Origin: Candidatus Kapaibacterium sp.
GTDB lineage: Bacteria; Bacteroidota; Ignavibacteria; Kapaibacteriales; UBA2268
Direction: 5' to 3'
DNA length: 64,000 nt
NCBI GenBank assembly: GCA_028376765.1
Contig: JAONBD010000004.1
Span: 793 to 64,792, forward strand
Both the position numbers and the translations under genes were made by a program. Shown one piece after another: positions 21,192 through 32,070 of the stretch; within the stretch, counting starts at the first letter, position 1, and the number at the start of each line of letters is the position of its first letter. The notes under the pieces are model-generated. The model was not told the origin of the DNA. It was given only the letters and a program-made list of their open reading frames with translations, and searched no databases.

Positions 21192-21935
21192 TTATTTATT
21201 CAATTCCCTAATTTGAATTTTCGAGGGTATAGAAATTGACATATCATCAATCCCTTCTGGAAATGTATATTTGTCAGAAATAATTGTTATTTCAGATTCA
21301 TTGTTAGGTAATTTAATTACAACCTCTTTAGCTAAGTTATAATCTCCCTGAAGCTGGTAATCATTGAAAAATACATTAATTAGAGTTTCACCATCAGAAT
21401 TTATTTGCTGATATTGAGCTAAATCGCCATTAGGGTTTAAAGTTGCAAATTCAACAAAATTCTTTTTTTGTTTGCTCCTATATAGCGATAGTCCTCCATC
21501 TAATTCTTTTTCGTACTTATAAGTATTTGGGTTTCCTGGGATTTCACTTCTGGTAAAACTAATTAAATCATCAAAATTCAAATTAATATTAATAGCTTTA
21601 GCCAATGCATCGGGGCTAGGCTTACCTTTAAATGCCTCACCACCAAGAACATTATAAGCAATAAAGTTTTCTTTTGATGAAAATATTCTTGCTACTTCGA
21701 TACCAAAAGGTCCGTAAACCTGCATTTTAATTGAATCTCTACCAGCAACTTCAATTAACGAACTTAATGAACCACTATACTGCGGCGTATTTGGTTTAAT
21801 TTCACCTTCAATTTTCATAAATTTCAGTTTTTCATGTTTTGTAAGTAAGCCTTTATAAGCTTTTTGTTCGTTTTCAATAACTGTTTTACATGATATAGTT
21901 ATTAGCATCAACAATAAGAATACTATTCTTAACAT
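21192..21935 (-). CDS. Lipoprotein, DUF4292/LolB-like
   Basis: Lipobox ISC; RDSIKMQVYGPFGIEVAR motif. Confidence 0.7.
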   Translation of the reverse strand: MLRIVFLLLMLITISCKTVIENEQKAYKGLLTKHEKLKFMKIEGEIKPNTPQYSGSLSSLIEVAGRDSIKMQVYGPFGIEVARIFSSKENFIAYNVLGGEAFKGKPSPDALAKAININLNFDDLISFTRSEIPGNPNTYKYEKELDGGLSLYRSKQKKNFVEFATLNPNGDLAQYQQINSDGETLINVFFNDYQLQGDYNLAKEVVIKLPNNESEITIISDKYTFPEGIDDMSISIPSKIQIRELNK

Positions 21936-22007
21936 CTATTCTCCAAATAAATAAAAATTGATAACGTCAGAACTGCAAATTACTTAATAATATTTATACG
22001 GTGAATA

Positions 22008-22442
22008 ATGGTTTACGTTACTAGACGAACTACTTTTTCTGCTTCTCACAGATTATTTAATCCAAATTGGACTGATGAAAAAAATCAAGAAGTATTTGAT
22101 AAATGTAATAATCCTAATGGGCATGGTCACAACTACGTGTTAGAAGTTACTGTAGGTGGTATTCCAGATCCAGAGACAGGATATGTAATCGACCTAAAAG
22201 TATTAAAAAATATTATAAAAGAAAAAATTGAAAAAGAAGTTGACCACAAACATCTAAATTATGATGTTGATTTTTTAAGCGGTATTATTCCTACTGTTGA
22301 AAACATTGTTGTCGCATTTTGGAATATTTTAAAAGAATCTTTGACAGAACAGCAAAAATTAATCAAGCTGAAGCTTTGGGAAACTGAAAGTAATATTGCT
22401 GAATATTACGGAGAGGACGCTAACATAACTTCTTACAAATAG
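22008..22442 (+). CDS. queD: 6-carboxytetrahydropterin / 6-pyruvoyl-tetrahydropterin synthase
   Basis: FSASHRL, CNNPNGHGHNY, DHKHLN and LWETE motifs. Confidence 0.85.
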   Translation: MVYVTRRTTFSASHRLFNPNWTDEKNQEVFDKCNNPNGHGHNYVLEVTVGGIPDPETGYVIDLKVLKNIIKEKIEKEVDHKHLNYDVDFLSGIIPTVENIVVAFWNILKESLTEQQKLIKLKLWETESNIAEYYGEDANITSYK

Positions 22443-22445
22443 ATT

Positions 22446-23063
22446 ATGCCCAACTTAGAATTTGAAAAAATATATTGGAAAAAAAAATTGCTAGTTGGCG
22501 GTTGCGATGAAGCAGGAAGGGGCCCATTGGCAGGACCAGTTTTTGCAGCTTGCATTTTGCTTAATCCAAATGATAAATACCCAGATGGAATTGATGATTC
22601 AAAAAAATTATCTCATTCCAAAAGATCCATCTTGTTTGAAAAAATTAAAAATTCTGGACTTACTTTTTCAATTTCACAAAAGTCTAATGATTATATTGAC
22701 GAACATAATATACTTCAATCATCAATTGATGCTATGAATGATGCAGCTGACTCACTTGCAACTAAACCAGAATTTCTTTTAATTGATGGTAATAGGTTTA
22801 ATAGTAAATACAGTTTTGAGACAATAGTAAAGGGTGATGCTAAATCAATAACAATTGCTATGGCTTCCATCCTTGCAAAGGTTGCAAGAGATGAATTTAT
22901 GATTGACCTAGATAAAAAGTACCCCGAATATAACTTTAAAAATAACAAGGGATATCCTACAAAATCTCATTTTAAGGCTATATCAGAGTATGGCATAACA
23001 CCATTTCATAGAAAAACTTTTTTAAAAAAATATTACAAAAGGCAAATCAGTATATTTTCTTAA
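22446..23063 (+). CDS. rnhB: Ribonuclease HII
   Basis: DEAGRGPLAGPV, DSKKL, KGD and ASILAKVARD motifs. Confidence 0.96.
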   Translation: MPNLEFEKIYWKKKLLVGGCDEAGRGPLAGPVFAACILLNPNDKYPDGIDDSKKLSHSKRSILFEKIKNSGLTFSISQKSNDYIDEHNILQSSIDAMNDAADSLATKPEFLLIDGNRFNSKYSFETIVKGDAKSITIAMASILAKVARDEFMIDLDKKYPEYNFKNNKGYPTKSHFKAISEYGITPFHRKTFLKKYYKRQISIFS

Positions 23064-23093
23064 TTGAGTTTCAGAAAAAAATAACTAATTTAC

Positions 23094-24173
23094 ATGATGA
23101 ATTTATTAATAATTGAAGATAAAGACCTAGATTTAATTTTTATCAAAAAAACATTAGAGTTTACTGGTGAAATAATCAATATTGACTCAGCTGGGTCAAT
23201 TGAAATTGGACTTGATAAGTTATCTAGCAAAAATTTTGATTGCGTTCTATTAGACCTGCATTTACCTGATGCAGAAAATCATCATGCTTTTGATTTAATA
23301 TATAATAGTTACTCCAACATTCCAATTATACTTCTTACTGGTTCTAACGATGATGATCTAGCTTTAGATCTTATAGATAAGGGTGCTCAAGACTATATTT
23401 CTAAAAATGGCATCAACGCAAAAGACCTTATAAAAGCTATCAAATTTGCTATAAGAAGGATAAGAACTGATAATAAACTTCGAGAATTAAATGCCACAAA
23501 GGATAAATTTTTCTCGATTATGGCTCATGATTTAAAGAACCCCCTATCAATTTTTGCTCTTGCAACTGAAACTCTTCATAAAGAATTTGATTTGCTAGAA
23601 AAAGAAGAGATGATGGAATATTTAGAGGATTTAAAAATAAATGCCCAAAATATTTTTAAATTATTAGAGAATCTTCTTACTTGGTCACGAACTCAAAGAA
23701 AAAAAATAGGATTTCAGCCAGATATAGTAGATTTGAGCTTCATCATTAAAAATATTTATGAATTGTTTAATGAGACAGCAAAAGTAAAAAATATAAATCT
23801 TACCCAGCCTAAATTAGATGAATGGAAAGTTTATTCAGACTCTAATCTAATAAACACAATATTAAGAAATTTAGTGAACAATGCTCTTAAATACACCAGA
23901 GAAGGTGGTAACGTAAAAATTCTAATCGAATCTAAGCCTAAACATTATATTATAAGTGTTCAAGATGATGGTGTCGGAATGAGCGATCACGTTGCTGATA
24001 GTCTATTCAGAATAGATGTTAATACTTCTACACCAGGAACTAATAATGAAAAAGGGACTGGACTTGGATTGATTGTCTGCAAAGAGTTTTCTAACCTTTT
24101 ACAAGGTGAAATTGGAGCGAAAAGCAAGCTAGGTGAAGGGTCAACTTTCTACTTTACGGTTCCAAAGAACTAG
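23094..24173 (+). CDS. Cytoplasmic hybrid sensor kinase (REC-HisKA-HATPase)
   Basis: LLDLHLPD receiver, AHDLKNPL H-box, and N, G1, G2 boxes. Confidence 0.92.
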   Translation: MMNLLIIEDKDLDLIFIKKTLEFTGEIINIDSAGSIEIGLDKLSSKNFDCVLLDLHLPDAENHHAFDLIYNSYSNIPIILLTGSNDDDLALDLIDKGAQDYISKNGINAKDLIKAIKFAIRRIRTDNKLRELNATKDKFFSIMAHDLKNPLSIFALATETLHKEFDLLEKEEMMEYLEDLKINAQNIFKLLENLLTWSRTQRKKIGFQPDIVDLSFIIKNIYELFNETAKVKNINLTQPKLDEWKVYSDSNLINTILRNLVNNALKYTREGGNVKILIESKPKHYIISVQDDGVGMSDHVADSLFRIDVNTSTPGTNNEKGTGLGLIVCKEFSNLLQGEIGAKSKLGEGSTFYFTVPKN

Positions 24174-25438
24174 GAAACAAATTCATCGAATATAGCTATA
24201 AATTTCCCTTCAGTCTCATCTTTTACTCTTACTTTAAATTCAAATCCAAAATCATCTTCAATCCTTTCGAGAACTTCTCCAAATTGATATAAATCACTTA
24301 ATAAATTGCTTTTTTCATAAGGGAGCTTCAAAGAAATCTCTTTGGAAAGTATATTATGTTTGTCTTGTAATAGCTCTCTTAACTTTTCGAGTTGTAGTCC
24401 TTTTGAAGCTGAAATATAAATCGAATCGGGGTACTCTTCTTTAATAATTGAAAGCTCATCCATATCCTCAAGCAAATCAATTTTATTAAATATTAGAATT
24501 ATATTATCACCTTCAATTCCTAGAGATAATAATGTTTTATCAACAGTATTAATGTGATCTCTAAAAAATTCATTTGACACATCTACAACATGTAGCAGAT
24601 AATCTGATTCTCTAGCCTCAGATAATGTAGATCTAAAAGATGCTACTAAATGCGTTGGTAATTTTTTAATAAATCCAACAGTATCGGATAATAGAACATC
24701 TTGACCTTCAGGTAGCTGAAACTTCCTAACCGTAGTATCAAGAGTAGCAAAAAGCTTATCCTTAATATACACATTTGATTGGGTTAGTAATTTCATTAGT
24801 GTAGATTTACCAGCATTGGTATAACCTACTAAACCAAATCTCACCATTCCCTTATGGCTTAATCTTTTTTGGACACTTTGTTTTTCAATCGAATCAAGTT
24901 TGCGTTTTAAATGCTCTATCCTAGTTCTTATTAATCTTCTATCAGTTTCGATTTGTGTTTCACCAGGTCCTTTTGTACCAATTCCACCATGCTGTTTTGA
25001 TAGGTGAGTCCACATTCTTGTTAATCTTGGTAATAGATATTGTAATTGAGCCAGCTCTACCTGAGTTTTGGCTTCGTTACTTTTAGCTCTTTCAGCAAAA
25101 ATATCTAAAATCACCCCACTGCGATCCATTACTTTTATGCCAAGTCCATCTTCCAAATTTCTAATCTGCATGGGAGTTAGTTCATCATCAAACACTGCTA
25201 AATCAATATTTTCTTCAGAAATAAAATCTTTTATCTCTTCTACTTTACCTTTTCCAATAAGAGTAGATCTATTTGGCCTTTCCAATTCTTGCCAAAATTT
25301 CTCAATAACAGTAGCCCCAGCAGTTTCGATCAAAAAGGACAATTCATTTAAATTTTCTTGTAATATTTCTCTATCATTACCTTTTTTCATGTACGATATA
25401 GCAATTGCCAATTCTTGCTTTTCTTTCAATTCTATCAT
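24170..25438 (-). CDS. hflX: GTPase HflX
   Basis: GYTNAGKST, LFATLDTT, DTVGFI, NKID and GPGETQIETDRR motifs. Confidence 0.97.
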   Translation of the reverse strand: MIELKEKQELAIAISYMKKGNDREILQENLNELSFLIETAGATVIEKFWQELERPNRSTLIGKGKVEEIKDFISEENIDLAVFDDELTPMQIRNLEDGLGIKVMDRSGVILDIFAERAKSNEAKTQVELAQLQYLLPRLTRMWTHLSKQHGGIGTKGPGETQIETDRRLIRTRIEHLKRKLDSIEKQSVQKRLSHKGMVRFGLVGYTNAGKSTLMKLLTQSNVYIKDKLFATLDTTVRKFQLPEGQDVLLSDTVGFIKKLPTHLVASFRSTLSEARESDYLLHVVDVSNEFFRDHINTVDKTLLSLGIEGDNIILIFNKIDLLEDMDELSIIKEEYPDSIYISASKGLQLEKLRELLQDKHNILSKEISLKLPYEKSNLLSDLYQFGEVLERIEDDFGFEFKVRVKDETEGKFIAIFDEFVS

Positions 25439-26940
25439 AAAATTTCAAATCCAATTAGCGTAATGTCATCTCTTTGATCTTCATTACCAATATGTTCATT
25501 AAACATTTTCATTAAAGATTCTTCTTGAATACTTATATCTAAACTAAGATTTCTCAGTTCATTTTTTAATTTTTTAGAGCCTAATTTTTTTCCACTTGTA
25601 CCCATTTGATCTACAAGTCCATCACTTGATAGGTAAAATTTTTGATTATTTAATATTTCTAATTTATGATTTTCAAATGTTTTAATTCTTCCAGTCCTAG
25701 TTAGACCACCAACATGATATTTACTACCTTTAATTTCTGTAAGCTTCTTATTTTGAACAATATATAATGGTCTCATAGCTCCCGAATATTCTAAGGATTC
25801 ATTAGATTTGTCTATCACAACAACACCTATATCCATACCATCAGATGAAAATGATTCTTCACTTTCTTGGCTAAGTGATCTAATCAACTCCTTATCAAGT
25901 TTGTGCAATATTTCCGATGGGTTAGTTATTCTATCTTTAATAATAATATCATTAAGAATCATATTACCCATAAGACTTATCATTGCACCAGGAACACCAT
26001 GACCTGTACAATCTGCAACAATTACAATTGTTTTATCATTAAATTTATCAATCCAGAAAAAATCTCCAGATACAATATCTTTTGGTTTATAAATAATAAA
26101 GCTATTAAGGTTTAAAGATTCAAATTGACTTTTACTAGGTAAAATTGCATTTTGAATAGTAGAAGCATATCTAATTGAACTAATAATTTGTTCGTTTTTA
26201 TCTTCTAAAGTTTTATTCCAGCTTGAAAGCTCATCAACCCTTTGTCGTTGTAAAATATCTAACTTATCTAGCATTGAGTTAAAAGTTGTAGATAATACCT
26301 TAATATCCTTCCCACCTTTATTAATATCGGCTCTAATTTCAAGATTACCTGAGCCAACCCCTTTTGATACTTGAATTAGCTTATTAATTGGACCTACTAT
26401 ACTATTGCTAAATATATATGCAATAACAACTCCAATCACCACAAATATAATTAACCTTATAAATGTCCAAAAAGAAGATTCCGCAATTCTACCCCTAATA
26501 TTTTCAGTTGTAAAACCAACCAATACTGATCCATTAACACCCCCAGCCTCAAAGTCTCTTAAGCTATATATTGTATCAGATTCAATTAAGAGCGTATTAT
26601 TAATAATATGATTCTTTATGTAACTGTGTGTTTCATTAAATCCTTCTGGTAGGGACACATCTATAGATGAAGTAGAATCATCGTGATAAATGATTGCCGA
26701 AACAACTACATCTTCTTGGGATTGGGTGTAATATACTGATTGATAAAGGGCTTCGTAGTTTTCTTCTTTAAGTGAGAACTCAATTCCAAAGGTTAAGGAT
26801 TCGACTGTTAAGTCCATGTATTTTTCGAATTCAGATTGGAATATATCTACCTGATCTCTAACACTTAAGCCATAGAAAAGTATTGAGCTAACAGTGAGAA
26901 TAGAAACTATAATTAATATTGTAGCTGATCTAATATTCAT
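25435..26940 (-). CDS. Membrane sensor: periplasmic domain + HAMP + SpoIIE/PP2C phosphatase (RsbU-like)
   Basis: Two TMs; HAMP; VSGDF, ADCTGHGVPGA, DGMD, SDG and DDIT motifs. Confidence 0.9.
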   Translation of the reverse strand: MNIRSATILIIVSILTVSSILFYGLSVRDQVDIFQSEFEKYMDLTVESLTFGIEFSLKEENYEALYQSVYYTQSQEDVVVSAIIYHDDSTSSIDVSLPEGFNETHSYIKNHIINNTLLIESDTIYSLRDFEAGGVNGSVLVGFTTENIRGRIAESSFWTFIRLIIFVVIGVVIAYIFSNSIVGPINKLIQVSKGVGSGNLEIRADINKGGKDIKVLSTTFNSMLDKLDILQRQRVDELSSWNKTLEDKNEQIISSIRYASTIQNAILPSKSQFESLNLNSFIIYKPKDIVSGDFFWIDKFNDKTIVIVADCTGHGVPGAMISLMGNMILNDIIIKDRITNPSEILHKLDKELIRSLSQESEESFSSDGMDIGVVVIDKSNESLEYSGAMRPLYIVQNKKLTEIKGSKYHVGGLTRTGRIKTFENHKLEILNNQKFYLSSDGLVDQMGTSGKKLGSKKLKNELRNLSLDISIQEESLMKMFNEHIGNEDQRDDITLIGFEIL

Positions 26941-27362
26941 ATATCAAGAACTGCTACCACTTTGATATTTTTAATTGAAGTATCTAAACTGTTTTTATCG
27001 ATATAACCAACGGCACCAGGGGTTTTAGAAACCAAATCAAGTATTTCTAAATCTGAAGTTGCAGATTTTGGTGGTTTTGCTGATCCAGTAAATAATTTTT
27101 TTAATCTTATTTTCTTAACAGCTTTTTGATTAATTTTAATACATTCATAAAATACGGATTTAGAATTTTCATCACCCTTATGATCTATAACAGTTATTCT
27201 ACCTCCGTCATCCCAGTTATTGGTATTTAAGGTATATATTTCTAGTAATTTTTCACAATCAACAGAATCACTTTCTACACTAGTGTTTACAACAACGTAC
27301 ACCTGTGAATTAGCTAAAGAGCTAACTAATATTGTGAATAATATGATAATTATTTTTTTCAT
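26937..27362 (-). CDS. Small periplasmic protein, single-lobe PstS/PBP2-like
   Basis: Signal peptide + Gln; VVVN..IY..W..G and VSKTPGAVGYI motifs. Confidence 0.75.
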   Translation of the reverse strand: MKKIIIILFTILVSSLANSQVYVVVNTSVESDSVDCEKLLEIYTLNTNNWDDGGRITVIDHKGDENSKSVFYECIKINQKAVKKIRLKKLFTGSAKPPKSATSDLEILDLVSKTPGAVGYIDKNSLDTSIKNIKVVAVLDI

Positions 27363-28643
27363 TTAAAATTGTGCCGAAAACCCTACAATTGTAATAGAAT
27401 TTTTTAATTTCATAGTCTGAAGTCTTGGTCTTCTCTCCCCTTGTGGATTTTCCCAAAGTATTGGATAATCTACCTGTTGTTGATATGCAATAAATTGAGC
27501 TTTTAAAGTAAGCCAAGGGTTAATTCTATAACCTGCACCAAGTGTTACATAATCTGAATCAGAATTAAAATTTAAAATACCTATTAAAATTTCAGAATAG
27601 CCAATATAAGTAAAAATGTCATCATTGATGTCATAAGACAGATTTACATAATAGAACCTATTCCAACATTCATCACTACTATAAATATTAAATTCACTAT
27701 TCTTAAAAATAATATCTTCCATGTGAGAAAATGAGTATTCTGATTCAATAGAAAAACCTTTATAGTTTGCAGAAAGATCTGCCCCAATTCGGTATCTTAA
27801 TTGATCTTCAATTGGTAAAACTGGGTAATCGTTTACTAGGTCTAATTTCAATATTTTAAGGTAGGAGTTACCATCATTATAATCTCGAGTTCCTGAAACT
27901 CCAATTTTAAAATTTTCTTTTTTAGTTCTTAGACCAATTCTAGCACCATATAATTTTTTTTCTAAATCATTTGGATCGCTACCAGATAAATATCCATCAC
28001 TTGATGGTGAAGTATTTGATATTAAAAAAGAGCCTTCGCTATTTCCCATGTAGGCAGCCCAATCTATAAAAAAGTTACTTATTGGTATTTGTCCATGTAA
28101 TTGTAGAAAGGCTGTTTCTGGGATAAAATCTTCTGATGAAATTACATCGGATAATATTTTTTCATAAACGATAGGTCTAAAAAGGTAATTAAGCAGATTC
28201 AGACGGTTTTTTACTTCATTTAAATTGTTAAATGCAGGAAATAATTGCCCTGCTTTTATTTGAAATTGATTACTTAGTTTATAATTTACCCATGCTTCTT
28301 GTATAGAAAAACTACCCAAATCTTCAGACGAGTTATAGTTCTGATTGAATTGCATATCAAAAAAGAAATTTAATTTGTCTTCATAAAATTTATTTACAAA
28401 CAAATTAACTTGCTGAGTCATAAACGAATTTCTATTTTTATTAAAGGAAGTATCTTGACTATCTATCCTTTGACCAATTATGCCACCTTGTTGTAATTGA
28501 TTTTGGCTAAATGATTGTTGAAAGTTCTCGTTTAAAAAAATAGTTTGAGCAGCACCATAAATATACAAATCATCAGAAAATTCTGAATATGAAAATTCTG
28601 TGAAAATGATAAATGCTATTATAAATGTGCTTATTTTTTTCAT
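27363..28643 (-). CDS. Outer-membrane beta-barrel (porin-like)
   Basis: Signal peptide, QEAWVNY..IKAGQ strands, C-terminal alternating pattern ending in Phe. Confidence 0.75.
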   Translation of the reverse strand: MKKISTFIIAFIIFTEFSYSEFSDDLYIYGAAQTIFLNENFQQSFSQNQLQQGGIIGQRIDSQDTSFNKNRNSFMTQQVNLFVNKFYEDKLNFFFDMQFNQNYNSSEDLGSFSIQEAWVNYKLSNQFQIKAGQLFPAFNNLNEVKNRLNLLNYLFRPIVYEKILSDVISSEDFIPETAFLQLHGQIPISNFFIDWAAYMGNSEGSFLISNTSPSSDGYLSGSDPNDLEKKLYGARIGLRTKKENFKIGVSGTRDYNDGNSYLKILKLDLVNDYPVLPIEDQLRYRIGADLSANYKGFSIESEYSFSHMEDIIFKNSEFNIYSSDECWNRFYYVNLSYDINDDIFTYIGYSEILIGILNFNSDSDYVTLGAGYRINPWLTLKAQFIAYQQQVDYPILWENPQGERRPRLQTMKLKNSITIVGFSAQF

Positions 28644-28657
28644 CGTTGTGCAATTTA

Positions 28658-28840
28658 CTATTTTTTTAATTTACTACTAGGGAATCCAATAATAAAACCT
28701 ATCATTCCACCATAAAAAGATATTGTATAAGGGTTCGATTTGATAGCACATCCGCTATCACAACCCCAAAAGGTATAATATGTATAACCAGATACTACTC
28801 CTAGTAAAATTAGTGTTGCAAGTTTAATGTATTTTTTCAT
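28658..28840 (-). CDS. Small membrane protein, DUF6132-like
   Basis: GYTYYTFWGCDSGCAIKSNP..YGG motif between two TMs. Confidence 0.7.
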   Translation of the reverse strand: MKKYIKLATLILLGVVSGYTYYTFWGCDSGCAIKSNPYTISFYGGMIGFIIGFPSSKLKK

Positions 28841-28928
28841 AATTTGTTTAACTTTTCTTTAACCTAATAATAATTTTAGTGACTATCAAACACTTAGCAA
28901 TATTGCAATATTTTTTATTTTTCAAATT

Positions 28929-29819
28929 ATGTTGAATGAATTAATTATAAAGCTTCTACCAGTAGTTCCAAAACCAATTATACGCTATTTTGCAAACAAC
29001 TATATAGCTGGTGAAACCATTGATGAAGCATTTGAAAAAACACAAAAAGTTTTGGATAAAGGTGCTCATATCACTCTTGATGTACTTGGTGAATATGTTA
29101 CCTCTAAAGATCAAACCCTCAAAGATATGAGAATTAGGTTGGATGTTATTGATAGAATTGCTTCTACTGAGAAAAATATCACTCAATCTATCAAACTTAC
29201 ATCTTTAGGTCTTGGTCTTGATGATTTGTTTGCCTACGATAATACTAAGCAAATAGTAAAACACGCAAACGAAAATAATGTATTTATACAATTCGATATG
29301 GAAGACTCTCCATTTCACGATAAAACCATTCAATTTTATAAAGATTTGAGAGAAGAAGGGTTTGAAAATATTGGATTAGTTTTTCAATCTTATATGAGAA
29401 GAGCAGAAAATGATATTCTAAGTTTAATCGACTACAAGCCAACGTTACGACTTACGAAGGGAATATATATCGAGCCAGAAAATATTGCATTTAAAACCCA
29501 TGAAGAAATAAATTTAAACTATCAGAATTTATTACATATTATGCTTGATAATGATATGAAAGTTGGGATGGCAACCCACGATGAAGAGTTAATTCAATAC
29601 TGTATTAGTCAAATAGAACAACGAAACCTTACTGAAGACAATTATGAATTTCAGATGCTTTTAGGTGTCCGAGAAGATAAACGTGATGAGCTTATTAGTG
29701 CTGGCCATCCTTTAAGAGTCTACATCTCTTTTGGGAAAGATTGGTACGGATATTCGATTAGAAGATTTAAAGAAAACCCGAAAGTGGCAGGACATGTATT
29801 CAAAGCTATTTTTTCTTAG
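28929..29819 (+). CDS. Monofunctional proline dehydrogenase
   Basis: YIAGE, SIKLT, DMED, KGIY, ATHD, EFQMLLGVR and YSIRR motifs. Confidence 0.93.
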   Translation: MLNELIIKLLPVVPKPIIRYFANNYIAGETIDEAFEKTQKVLDKGAHITLDVLGEYVTSKDQTLKDMRIRLDVIDRIASTEKNITQSIKLTSLGLGLDDLFAYDNTKQIVKHANENNVFIQFDMEDSPFHDKTIQFYKDLREEGFENIGLVFQSYMRRAENDILSLIDYKPTLRLTKGIYIEPENIAFKTHEEINLNYQNLLHIMLDNDMKVGMATHDEELIQYCISQIEQRNLTEDNYEFQMLLGVREDKRDELISAGHPLRVYISFGKDWYGYSIRRFKENPKVAGHVFKAIFS

Positions 29820-30660
29820 TTTCATTTTAATAATTTGTTCTTGTGGAAATCCTCAAAGCAATCAATCCATAACAATTGGAACATTCAACATTCAATGGCT
29901 GGGTGATGGAATAAATGACAAAGTAAAAAGAAGTGAAGGTGATTATCAAAGAATTGCTCAATCAATTGAAGATACTGGAGCTGAAATAATTGCATTGCAA
30001 GAAGTTGAAAATGAAGCTGCATTAAATAGAATTTTAAAATATCTCGATGGGTGGAATTATATTTTTGAAAAAGATGATTACATTCTAAACCTAGCTTTTA
30101 TCGCAAAAAATGATATAAAATTAGAATCAATTGGACTCTATTCACCCTTAAAAGTCCTAGAAGGTAAATCAAGATCTGGTTTAATTGCCAAAGCTCAAAA
30201 AGGAAATTTTGATTTTTACATAATGAACCTACATTTCAAATCCACTTCTAGGTACGATAACACTGCTCAAAAAAAAGAGCTCTCTCACTTTTTAAGGAAA
30301 CAACAATCGGACGTGCTATCTGCTTGGGTTGATTCTGTTTTAGTATATAAAGAACAAGATTTAATAATTCTTGGTGATTTTAATGACAATCCCAAACGTG
30401 ATTGGTCGGATAATCTAAATTCCCTTATTCAAAACAACAATATTAACTTTATCTCATCAAATCTTGAATCCTGTAAAAATCCAAATTGGGATAATATTGA
30501 CCATATTTTATTAAGCAAATCTGCCTTAAAGCGTTATTTAATGGGTTCTGTTGGTATGTATAATATTAATTCTACTATGCCAGATAAACAAGCAAAACTT
30601 GTTTCTGATCACTGCCCAGTTACCGCAATTTTCAATATCGCAGCTGACGATAACGATTAA
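29794..30660 (+). CDS. Endonuclease/exonuclease/phosphatase-family lipoprotein
   Basis: Start reassigned to ATG 29794 to give a signal peptide with lipobox; TFNI, LQEV, GDFND, IDHI and SDHCP motifs. Confidence 0.88.
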   Translation: MYSKLFFLSFILIICSCGNPQSNQSITIGTFNIQWLGDGINDKVKRSEGDYQRIAQSIEDTGAEIIALQEVENEAALNRILKYLDGWNYIFEKDDYILNLAFIAKNDIKLESIGLYSPLKVLEGKSRSGLIAKAQKGNFDFYIMNLHFKSTSRYDNTAQKKELSHFLRKQQSDVLSAWVDSVLVYKEQDLIILGDFNDNPKRDWSDNLNSLIQNNNINFISSNLESCKNPNWDNIDHILLSKSALKRYLMGSVGMYNINSTMPDKQAKLVSDHCPVTAIFNIAADDND

Positions 30661-31955
30661 GTTGTTTTCTTAATTATTGCTTTAATATTTGCATGAACAA
30701 TTGGTATTTCTTCCCAATATGTCGAGTACTTGGGTGATAGAAACTCTCTTTTCATACTCCACTTTCTAACGTTCCCTGTAGAAGCAATTGAAATAGTATT
30801 ACTTCCAAATTTCTTGTTTATTGAATCAAGGGTATCAGTTGCTAACTTTCCTTTCAATCTAGATTTACTTTCAAACAATCCGTATTGAGCAGTATCTTCT
30901 GGTACTAGCTCAGCCAACATAACACCAACCTTTTGATATAAGTACCCTTTTCGAAAAATCTGTTCGAAACCTTTTAGTGCATATTTTACAATCTCACTTG
31001 TAATAGAGCTAGGAATTGGTAAATTGATTTGAACTCCATTATGATACTGAGCTAGCTCAGTTTTAAATTTATTTGTTCTTAGATATACTGACATAACTTT
31101 TACAGCACTTCCTTGTTCTCGTATCTTAACAGCTGCTCTCGAGGCAAAAAATGCAACAGCTTCTTTAACTTCTGCTTTAGAATCTGTCATTTTACCAAAT
31201 GATCTACTTGATATAATTACTTTTTTTGGCGGTGCTTGTTCTTCTTGAGCAATACATTCTTGACCATTTAGCTCTCGCCAAGTTCTCTCTCCCACAACAG
31301 TCATTTTTTTTCGTACCCACTTGGAATCAGTACTAATAAAATCCAAGGCACTTTCGACTCCAAATGTATTCAACATTTTTTTATATTTTCCGCCAACTCC
31401 CCAAACATCACCAATAGGTGTTAATTCTAAAAATTTGTTAATATCTTTAAAATCACAAAGGTTCAAAACACCAGAATATTTTTCATTCTTTTTGGCAAAT
31501 CGGTTAGCAAGCTTGGCTAAAGTTTTCGTTTTTGCTACACCAATTGTAACTGGCATACCAGTCCATTTTTTAACTGTCTCTCTAATTTTAATACAATAAT
31601 CAGTAATATTTTTTATATGGAAAATATCAAAAAATAGAAATGCTTCATCAATAGAATAAACTTCAATCTCAGGACAAAACATTTCTAGGGTTTCCATTAC
31701 TCTTTGTGACATATCGCCATAAAGAGCATAGTTTGATGAAAACACAGCCACATTATTTTTTTTAATTTGGTCTTTAACTTTAAAGTAAGGCTTTCCATTT
31801 AGCCCTAATGCTTTTGCTTCTGGACTTGCAGCAATAACAACACCATCATTATTGGATAAAACCACTACTGGTTTATCTGCTAAATCGGGTCTAAACACTT
31901 TCTCGCATGATGCGTAAAAGCTATTACAATCTACAATTGCTATATATTTTGACAT
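30657..31955 (-). CDS. umuC: Y-family DNA polymerase, UmuC type
   Basis: [27 protein letters not shown] and YSIDE motifs; C-terminal [14 protein letters not shown]. Confidence 0.9.
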   Translation of the reverse strand: MSKYIAIVDCNSFYASCEKVFRPDLADKPVVVLSNNDGVVIAASPEAKALGLNGKPYFKVKDQIKKNNVAVFSSNYALYGDMSQRVMETLEMFCPEIEVYSIDEAFLFFDIFHIKNITDYCIKIRETVKKWTGMPVTIGVAKTKTLAKLANRFAKKNEKYSGVLNLCDFKDINKFLELTPIGDVWGVGGKYKKMLNTFGVESALDFISTDSKWVRKKMTVVGERTWRELNGQECIAQEEQAPPKKVIISSRSFGKMTDSKAEVKEAVAFFASRAAVKIREQGSAVKVMSVYLRTNKFKTELAQYHNGVQINLPIPSSITSEIVKYALKGFEQIFRKGYLYQKVGVMLAELVPEDTAQYGLFESKSRLKGKLATDTLDSINKKFGSNTISIASTGNVRKWSMKREFLSPKYSTYWEEIPIVHANIKAIIKKTT

Positions 31956-31967
31956 ACTTATTATTAG

Positions 31968-32048
31968 TTTTGTACAAAATTATACTAAAATTTTGTAACA
32001 TCTGGTAACACTTGGTAACACTTTTTCGCTTTTAAAAAAGTGTTACCA
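31968..32048. repeat. Palindrome TTTTGTACAAAA over a -7 box, three GTAACA direct repeats (10-bp period) and a 14-bp inverted repeat upstream of umuC
   Basis: Read directly from sequence. Confidence 0.8.
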
Positions 32049-32070
32049 CTTCCACTTTTTTTGCTTGCTC

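Noticed and set aside
31995-32048. CRISPR array
   Set aside because: Repeat units are only 6-8 bp with a 10-bp period, there are no spacers and no cas genes
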